Below are positions 54,278-60,843 of a DNA stretch of 60,843 nt, piece by piece. The DNA lies in the sequence record DRR723986_3984; one strand, given 5' to 3'. The notes beneath the pieces were generated by a model. That model saw only the letters and a program-made list of their open reading frames with translations. It was not told the DNA's origin and searched no databases. The position numbers were made by a program, and so were the translations under genes. The stretch's first letter is position 1; every line of letters starts with the position of its first letter.

Positions 54278-57064
54278 TTAGTGCGCTTCTTCCCAGTTAT
54301 GGCCGGTGCCGCAGTCAACAACAAGCGGCACGGTTAGCGCGAGTGCGGGCATGCAGGCCTCGGCCATCACATCACGAATAACAGGAATGGCTTTCTCTTC
54401 CATGCCAGCGGGGCATTCGAAAACCAGTTCATCATGTACTTGCAGTAACATGCGCACTTCCGACAGACCGTTTTCAACCAGAGCATCGGGCATGCGGATC
54501 ATCGCCCGGCGGATAACATCAGCGGCTGTGCCTTGAATGGGGGCGTTAATCGCTGCCCGTTCGCCGAAACCCCGGTGCATGGGGTTTTTCTCAGTTAGCG
54601 CGCGAATATGGCATTTGCGGCCAAATAAGGTTTCCACATAACCGTTCTCTTTGCCGAAAGCGATGGTGGTGTCCATATAAGCGCGGATGCCCGGGAACTT
54701 CTCGAAATAGGCATCAATATAGCCTTGGGCTTCTTTGCGGCCAATGCCCAACTGGCGCGCTAACCCAAACGCTGAAATGCCGTATATAATACCGAAGTTA
54801 ATGGCTTTGGCCTGACGGCGAACCATGGGGTCCATACCCTCTATGGGCACCCCGAAAACTTCAGAGGCCGTCATGGCATGGATGTCGGTGCCTTCGGCGA
54901 AGGCTTCTTTCAGAGCGCCGATATCGGCGATATGCGCCAGTATTCGAAGTTCGATTTGGCTGTAATCTGCCGCGATAAGTATATTGCCAGCTTCAGGTAC
55001 AAAGGCGCGGCGTATCTTGCGGCCTTCTTCTGTCCGGATAGGAATATTCTGCAAGTTTGGGTCGTTAGATGACAAGCGCCCGGTTGTGGTTGATGCCATA
55101 TGATAACTGGTATGTACGCGACCTGTGTTTGAGTTTACTTGCGCAACTAACGCATCAGTATAAGTGCTTTTGAGTTTGGAAAACTGCCGGTATTCCATCA
55201 CCTTTTGCGGTATGGTGTGACCCTCTGCGGCCAGCTTTTCCAGTACGTCAACATTGGTTTGCCACGCACCGGTTTTGGACGACTTTTTGCCGCCGGGCAG
55301 TGCCATGTCATCAAACAGAATTTCGCCAAGTTGCTTGGGTGAGTTTACATTAAACGGTCTGCCGGCTAACTCTTGAATTTCACCGTCTAGCCGCGCGATG
55401 CCCTCCGCGAACTCGTTCGACAGTTTGGTTAGAACACCCGCATCTACTTTAATGCCTTCGCGCTCCATTTTTGCCAGAACCGGCGACAGTGGGCGTTCCA
55501 ATGTCTCATATACAGTTGTCACTTTTTCCGCGGCCAATCGGGGCTTAAGCAGCATGTGCAGGCGCAGGGTAATGTCCGCATCTTCGGCTGCATAGTCGGT
55601 GGCTTTATCCAGCGGTACCTGGTCAAAAGTGATCTGGTTTTTCCCCGTGCCTGCAATCTCTTTGAAGGGGATGGGGGTTATGTCCAGATGAATGCCTGCC
55701 AGTTCGTCCATACCGTGATTGTGCATGCCAGCATCCAGCGCGTATGACATCAGCATGGTGTCATCAAACGGTGTTACAGTCAGGCCTTGGCGCGCGAGAA
55801 TGGACAGATCATATTTCAGGTTTTGCCCCACCTTTAAAATGGTTGGGTCTTCAAACAAGGGCCGTAGGGCGTCCAGCACCAGCGTTTTGTCCAGTTGCGC
55901 GGGCTTTTCAGACAAAAGATCTCCGCCTGCACCGCCGTGACCAACGGGAATATAACAGGCCTTGCCCGGCGCGGTGGCAATTGAAATGCCGACAAGGTCC
56001 GCCGATGTTGCGTCCAGCCCCGTGGTTTCTGTGTCTATTGCGATAATGCCTGCTTCATAAGAAAGCGCAATCCACGCGTCTAATGTGGCTTCATCGGTGA
56101 CACAAACATAGTCTTTTTCAACAGCAACAACGTCTTCGCTATCTGGGTCTGGTGGCAGGTCCGCGCCCCATGCATGGGCGGCTTTCACCTTCAAAGAGCG
56201 AAACTCCTGCTCGTCAAAAAAAGCAACCAACGGTTCCGCATCTGGCGGCGTGAGGCCAAAGTCGTCAATTGCGTGTTCGACGTTCACATGCTGGTCCAGC
56301 GTGACCAGCTCTTTGCTCACCCGTGCAAGGTCAGCATTTTCAATAAGCTTTTCCCGACGTTTTGGTTGCTTAATTTCTTCCGCGTGGGCCAGCAGGCTTT
56401 CCAGATCACCATAGTGATTTATCAACTCAGCAGCAGTTTTGATGCCGATACCCGGCACACCCGGCACATTGTCAGCGCTGTCACCCGCCAGCGCTTGCAC
56501 CTCAATCACTTTGCTTGGCTCAACACCGAATTTGGCGACAACCCCTTCAGGGTCCGTGCGCACATTCTTCATGGTGTCGAACATGTCTGTTTTGTCGTCC
56601 ACCATTTGCATCAGGTCTTTGTCAGAACTAACGATCGTGACATGCCAGCCTTTTTCGCGGGCGTGGCGGGTGTAGGTGGCGATAAGGTCGTCGGCTTCAA
56701 ATCCGTCCATTTCTATGGACGGCAAGCCAAAAGCGCGCACCGCATCGCGTATGATGGGAAACTGCGGCACCAAATCTTCCGGTGCTGGCGGGCGGTTGGC
56801 TTTATAGTCGGCGTAAATATTGTTACGGAACGTTTTGCCTTTGGCATCAAAAATAATCGCCAAATGGGTTGGCCGTTCGTCGTCTTCAAGGTCTTGCAGC
56901 AGTTTCATTAGCATATTGGAAAAGCCAAAAACTGCCCCCATGGGCGTACCGTCACTGCGGCTCAATGGTTTTCTGGCGTGGGCCATTGCATGGTAAGCCC
57001 GGAAAATATAGCCCGACCCATCGATAAGATACAGGTGCGGTGTACCGTTTGGTGCGGTGGGCAT
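54278..57064 (-). CDS. polA: DNA polymerase I
   Basis: 5'-3' exo LIDGSGYIFRAY; 3'-5' exo IDTETTG; polymerase TGRLSS.DPNLQNIP, ADYSQIELR, AKAINFG..YG, QVHDEL. Confidence 0.98.
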   Translation of the reverse strand: MPTAPNGTPHLYLIDGSGYIFRAYHAMAHARKPLSRSDGTPMGAVFGFSNMLMKLLQDLEDDERPTHLAIIFDAKGKTFRNNIYADYKANRPPAPEDLVPQFPIIRDAVRAFGLPSIEMDGFEADDLIATYTRHAREKGWHVTIVSSDKDLMQMVDDKTDMFDTMKNVRTDPEGVVAKFGVEPSKVIEVQALAGDSADNVPGVPGIGIKTAAELINHYGDLESLLAHAEEIKQPKRREKLIENADLARVSKELVTLDQHVNVEHAIDDFGLTPPDAEPLVAFFDEQEFRSLKVKAAHAWGADLPPDPDSEDVVAVEKDYVCVTDEATLDAWIALSYEAGIIAIDTETTGLDATSADLVGISIATAPGKACYIPVGHGGAGGDLLSEKPAQLDKTLVLDALRPLFEDPTILKVGQNLKYDLSILARQGLTVTPFDDTMLMSYALDAGMHNHGMDELAGIHLDITPIPFKEIAGTGKNQITFDQVPLDKATDYAAEDADITLRLHMLLKPRLAAEKVTTVYETLERPLSPVLAKMEREGIKVDAGVLTKLSNEFAEGIARLDGEIQELAGRPFNVNSPKQLGEILFDDMALPGGKKSSKTGAWQTNVDVLEKLAAEGHTIPQKVMEYRQFSKLKSTYTDALVAQVNSNTGRVHTSYHMASTTTGRLSSNDPNLQNIPIRTEEGRKIRRAFVPEAGNILIAADYSQIELRILAHIADIGALKEAFAEGTDIHAMTASEVFGVPIEGMDPMVRRQAKAINFGIIYGISAFGLARQLGIGRKEAQGYIDAYFEKFPGIRAYMDTTIAFGKENGYVETLFGRKCHIRALTEKNPMHRGFGERAAINAPIQGTAADVIRRAMIRMPDALVENGLSEVRMLLQVHDELVFECPAGMEEKAIPVIRDVMAEACMPALALTVPLVVDCGTGHNWEEAH

Positions 57065-57121
57065 GAGAGGGTCTCCGGGGTTAGGGCTAGAGAGAGAAAG
57101 GTGTCGGGCTTACTTGGCCCT

Positions 57122-57298
57122 TTAGATGTCAGATTTGCCGCCTTGCAAAATATACTGACGATCACAATATGGACATTCAACCTGATCGTCTTCATCCATG
57201 GTTAAGTAAACCCGTGGGTGCCCAAGCGGGCCTTCGTCACCGTCGCAAGAGACTTTTTTTGTTGTAACGATTATTTTCTCTGGTGCATCTATTGTCAT
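57122..57298 (-). CDS. zf-CHCC zinc-finger protein (NDUFS6-like, 58 aa; not in ORF track)
   Basis: Hand translation MTIDAPEKIIVTTKKVSCDGDEGPLGHPRVYLTMDEDDQVECPYCDRQYILQGGKSDI. Confidence 0.9.
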   Translation of the reverse strand: MTIDAPEKIIVTTKKVSCDGDEGPLGHPRVYLTMDEDDQVECPYCDRQYILQGGKSDI

Positions 57299-57492
57299 CG
57301 GATACTCTCATTCGGAAATTCTATCGAAGGAAAAAGGCTCTTTCGAGCGATTAGATGATCTATATACTATGGCCGGTAGCCGGGACAAGCGGCTGAAAAG
57401 AATAAAGAGCAGAATAAAGAGAAAACACGCTATTTTTCGACCCATAAGGGTAGAAAAATATCATACCACCCAAGCTGCCAGAAGGAAGTACC

Positions 57493-58437
57493 GTGAGCGA
57501 AAATGCGATTGAAATAAAAGGCCTTAAGAAGGTGTATAAAGGCCAGCGCGGTGCAGAGGACAAACTTGCGCTAGGTGGCATTGACTTGAACATACCGCGT
57601 GGCTCTATGTTTGGTCTTTTGGGCCCTAATGGTGCAGGTAAGTCCACCACTATTAATATTCTGGCAGGCTTGGTGAATAAAACTGCTGGTAGCGCGTCTA
57701 TCTGGGGTTTTGATATTGACCAAAACCCGCGTAATGCCCGTGCGAATATTGGCATTGTGCCGCAAGAGCTATTATTTGATGCCTTTTTCACACCGCGTGA
57801 AATGCTCGAAGTGCAAGCAGGGCTTTACGGAGTGCCAAAGTCAGAGCGCCGGACAGATGAGCTTTTGAAGGCTGTGCATCTTTATGATAAGGCCGATGCT
57901 TATTCTCGCTCGCTTTCAGGCGGTATGAAACGCCGCCTTTTGGTTGCCAAAGCGTTGGTGCATAACCCGCCTGTGTTGGTTTTGGATGAACCTACTGCAG
58001 GTGTTGACATTGAGCTTAGGCAACTGTTGTGGGACTATGTGCGCGAGCTGCATGCGCGCGGCACTACTGTTGTTTTAACCACGCACTATCTGGAGGAAGC
58101 GGAAGAGCTTTGCGACACCATTGCCATTATCAACCACGGCGATGTTGTTTGTTGCGAACCAACGGAACAGCTTTTGAAGCGAATCGATGAAAAAGAAATT
58201 GTCATCACCGTTAGCGATACGCTGAACGCGATACCTAAAGCACTGTCTAGCTTTAAAACCACGCTGCGCGACCCACACCATTTGGCAGTGCAAATAAGTC
58301 AGGCGGATGCGAATGTGGGTAGTGTACTGGATGCTGTGCGCGACGACGGGTTAACTATTACGGATATAGCGACCGATGAAACTGACTTGGAAGATATATT
58401 CCTTCAGCTAACGTCATCGGCTGGAAAGGCGGCCTGA
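57493..58437 (+). CDS. ABC transporter ATP-binding protein (YadG-like)
   Basis: [36 protein letters not shown]. Confidence 0.92.
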   Translation: MSENAIEIKGLKKVYKGQRGAEDKLALGGIDLNIPRGSMFGLLGPNGAGKSTTINILAGLVNKTAGSASIWGFDIDQNPRNARANIGIVPQELLFDAFFTPREMLEVQAGLYGVPKSERRTDELLKAVHLYDKADAYSRSLSGGMKRRLLVAKALVHNPPVLVLDEPTAGVDIELRQLLWDYVRELHARGTTVVLTTHYLEEAEELCDTIAIINHGDVVCCEPTEQLLKRIDEKEIVITVSDTLNAIPKALSSFKTTLRDPHHLAVQISQADANVGSVLDAVRDDGLTITDIATDETDLEDIFLQLTSSAGKAA

Positions 58438-58438
58438 T

Positions 58439-60070
58439 ATGCGGCGCACATATGATGTGGTGATAGTGGGCTCTGGTGCCGCGGGCTTAACCGCCGCGCT
58501 TAAGCTTGCCCCGCATTTGCGCGTGGCTGTGCTATCTAAGGGCGAAATGTCGGGCGGTTCAACCCGGTGGGCACAGGGCGGGATTGCTGCAGTGCTTGAG
58601 GCGTCTGATTCCATTCAGTCTCATATTGATGATACACTCGTTGCTGGCGCTGGCCTTTGCAGTGAAGAGGCCGTTCGGTTCGTTGTTGAGAAAGGCCGGG
58701 ATGCAATTCAGGGGCTGATTGATCTGGGGGTTGAATTTGACCGGAGTGCCGGTGTTCGCCATGAAGACGGGTATGATTACCATCTGACACGTGAAGGTGG
58801 TCATAGCCACCGGCGCATTATTCATGCCGCTGATGCCACTGGAAAAGCAGTTCAAAAAACTTTGAATCAGCGGGTTATGGATGAGCCCAATATTGATGTT
58901 TACGAGCATCATGTTGCGATTGACGTGATCACCAACCGGCATTTGAAAAACGAGGCTTCTTATACTGACCAAGCCCACGGGGTGTATGTGCTGAATATGA
59001 AAGTAGGCCGCGTGGAAACATTTTCTGCCCGTTCAACCATCATTGCCACGGGCGGGGCTAGCCGGGTGTACCTCTATAGCTCAAACCCTGATGCCAGCAC
59101 AGGTGATGGCATTGCCATGGCATGGCGCGCGGGCTGCCGCGTAACCAACATGGAGTTTAATCAGTTTCACCCCACATGTTTGTATCACCCTGATGCCAAA
59201 ACATTTTTGATCACTGAGGCCATGCGCGGTGAGGGCGCGTTTTTGCGCGGTGTTGACGATGAACGCTTTATGCTGCGCTACGACGAGCGCGCCGAACTTG
59301 CCCCGCGTGATATTGTGGCGCGTGCGATTGACAGCGAAATGAAACGCACAGGCATGGACAATGTGTGGTTGGATATTACTCATAAAAATGCTGATTTTGT
59401 TATTTCGCATTTCCCTAATATTTACCGCCATTGTCTAGCATTGGGCATTGATATCACTCGCGATAAAATTCCTGTGGTGCCAGCGGCCCACTATACTTGC
59501 GGCGGTATTCATGTGGACCAAATGGCCCGCAGTGACCTTGACCACCTGTACGCCATCGGTGAGTGCGCCCATACGGGTCTGCACGGCGCCAACCGCATGG
59601 CATCAAATAGCTTGCTTGAGTGTCTGGTAACCGGCCATGCGGCTGCAGAAGATATTATGGAGCGGCAAAATAACAGCCCTCCTCCGGCCATTGCCCGTGA
59701 CTGGGACGAAAGCAAGGTAACGGATTCTGACGAAGAAGTGGTGGTAAGCCACAATTGGAAAGAATTGCGGCGTTTCATGTGGGACTATGTTGGTATTGTT
59801 CGTACCGACAAACGCCTGGCGCGCGCAAAAAGACGCGTTGATTTGCTGGCCGGTGAAATTCAGGAATATTACGGTAATTTTCGGGTAACGGCCGACCTTC
59901 TAGAGCTTCGGAACCTGGTGACAGTGGCTGATTTGATTGTGCGTTCAGCGCAACAAAGGCGCGAATCGCGCGGCTTGCATTTTACGGCGGACTACCCTGA
60001 TTTGGCACCGGAGGCGGTTGAGACCACGCTCATTCCTTTTGGGCGTGCAGTGAGCGACCGCGTGGAATAA
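58439..60070 (+). CDS. nadB: L-aspartate oxidase
   Basis: [62 protein letters not shown]. Confidence 0.96.
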   Translation: MRRTYDVVIVGSGAAGLTAALKLAPHLRVAVLSKGEMSGGSTRWAQGGIAAVLEASDSIQSHIDDTLVAGAGLCSEEAVRFVVEKGRDAIQGLIDLGVEFDRSAGVRHEDGYDYHLTREGGHSHRRIIHAADATGKAVQKTLNQRVMDEPNIDVYEHHVAIDVITNRHLKNEASYTDQAHGVYVLNMKVGRVETFSARSTIIATGGASRVYLYSSNPDASTGDGIAMAWRAGCRVTNMEFNQFHPTCLYHPDAKTFLITEAMRGEGAFLRGVDDERFMLRYDERAELAPRDIVARAIDSEMKRTGMDNVWLDITHKNADFVISHFPNIYRHCLALGIDITRDKIPVVPAAHYTCGGIHVDQMARSDLDHLYAIGECAHTGLHGANRMASNSLLECLVTGHAAAEDIMERQNNSPPPAIARDWDESKVTDSDEEVVVSHNWKELRRFMWDYVGIVRTDKRLARAKRRVDLLAGEIQEYYGNFRVTADLLELRNLVTVADLIVRSAQQRRESRGLHFTADYPDLAPEAVETTLIPFGRAVSDRVE

Positions 60071-60109
60071 GTTAGTTGGTGCCCGTTTCAGGCACCTGTT
60101 TTAGAGTTA

Positions 60110-60478
60110 TTAATTCAGGCTCCAGCTCAACGGCAGCAAAAATGAAAGTTCTGTGCGGTCTTCAGGCAACGCTGGCAGCGGGTTTAGGCGCTTAACCAAT
60201 TTCGGGATTTCCCGGTCGAGTATGGACTCGCCTGTTTCCTGAACAATTTCATGGGTTGTGATTGAGCCGTCGGCCGCGACAATCAGGCGAACTTTGGCTT
60301 TGCCTTCAATTTCGCGGGCAAGTGCAGCGCGAGGGTATTTTTGCTTTTTAGCAACTTTTTGAGCAACTGCCTTTTTCCAACTGTTCATATCTGCGGCGCT
60401 TGCTGAAATAGACGTGGCCCCAAAAATAAAAGCAAAGGCAATTGTTGCTGCAAAAGCGTGATTAATTTTTTTCAACAT
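60110..60478 (-). CDS. Stand-alone TonB C-terminal domain protein with cleavable signal peptide
   Basis: YPRAA..R.IEG...V...V.ADG, G..ILD, PLP. Signal peptide ends ASA-AD; no Pro-rich linker. Start ATG 60478. Confidence 0.78.
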   Translation of the reverse strand: MLKKINHAFAATIAFAFIFGATSISASAADMNSWKKAVAQKVAKKQKYPRAALAREIEGKAKVRLIVAADGSITTHEIVQETGESILDREIPKLVKRLNPLPALPEDRTELSFLLPLSWSLN

Positions 60479-60747
60479 CGGCCATCCAATCATTGTATTT
60501 GAGTTTAGTTGTTTCACTTAAGTTTTCTGCCAGCGTTCATATTGAAACTTGTATCTTGTGGGCGGTTAAATACTGGTAATCAAAAGCGTACAATTTTAGA
60601 TAAATTGAAACCGACCATGCCAAGCATCTGGAAGGTATAGAGAAAAATGATCTGATTGTTTTAAAAGTGCCGGGGCATGATGTGGGAAGCGCGCAAGCCG
60701 GCGTGCTAAATACAGTTGTTTTGCGGCAAGGGTTTGACGAATTGCGC

Positions 60748-60776
60748 TTGCAAGTTGGCGAGGCCACGTGTAGGTT
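60748..60776 (+). promoter_or_regulatory. Putative sigma70 promoter of the tRNA gene
   Basis: TTGCAA-N17-TAGGTT followed by the GC-rich discriminator CCGCGCC. Confidence 0.5.
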
Positions 60777-60813
60777 CCGCGCCGTCTGCCGATTAATTAT
60801 TGTTAGACAATAT

Positions 60814-60843
60814 GCACCCGTAGCTCAGCTGGATAGAGCGCTG
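60814..60843 (+). tRNA. tRNA-Arg 5' part (probably CCG; truncated by window end)
   Basis: GCACCCGTAGCTCAGCTGGATAGAGCGCTG matches the acceptor and D-arm of tRNA-Arg; the anticodon lies outside the window. Confidence 0.85.

Noticed and set aside
57397-57421. AGAATAAAGAG direct repeat x2
   Set aside because: Short purine-rich duplication in a divergent promoter region with no other support.
60606-60623. Minus-strand TTGGCATG as a sigma54 promoter for the TonB-CTD gene
   Set aside because: No GC-like -12 element at the required spacing.
1-60843. CRISPR arrays, IS elements, integrases, prophage or recognisable defence operons
   Set aside because: No regularly spaced repeats, transposase/integrase motifs or phage genes seen; any island integrated at the tRNA-Arg would lie beyond the window.

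Overview
A 60.8-kb window of alphaproteobacterial core chromosome. Kordiimonadales/Caulobacterales-like affinity is inferred from the gene order (polA-zfCHCC-ABC-nadB, yggT-folD, trmH-ialB-rlmN) and a FlaEY-like gene. It holds about 57 protein genes. Housekeeping: ccmABCDEFGHI, cardiolipin synthase, yciB, rlmN, argG, folD, polA, nadB and the 5' end of a tRNA-Arg at the right edge. Left end: exported amide-hydrolysing and lipid-oxidising enzymes, including a lipoprotein that fuses redoxin, c-type heme, PHM/DbM-type copper monooxygenase and EF-hand modules. There are also two tandem TonB-dependent receptors and a FlaEY/FliL-like flagellar locus. Two small genes missing from the ORF track (ccmD, zf-CHCC) and a degraded DUF167 pseudogene were recovered by hand. 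No IS, integrase, prophage or CRISPR array was seen. The most novel signals are (1) a candidate sigma54-dependent ~125-nt structured sRNA with its own terminator next to flaEY, (2) the heme/copper monooxygenase fusion, (3) a palindrome + 38 bp + TTGACG promoter layout shared by both TonB receptors, (4) a riboswitch-like leader on a sulfotransferase gene, (5) a TipA-like MerR gene with a 19-bp-spacer autoregulatory promoter and an internal TipAS-type start, and (6) a perfect CtrA box ahead of a disordered orphan protein. All family calls are from motif recognition by eye; no searches were run.
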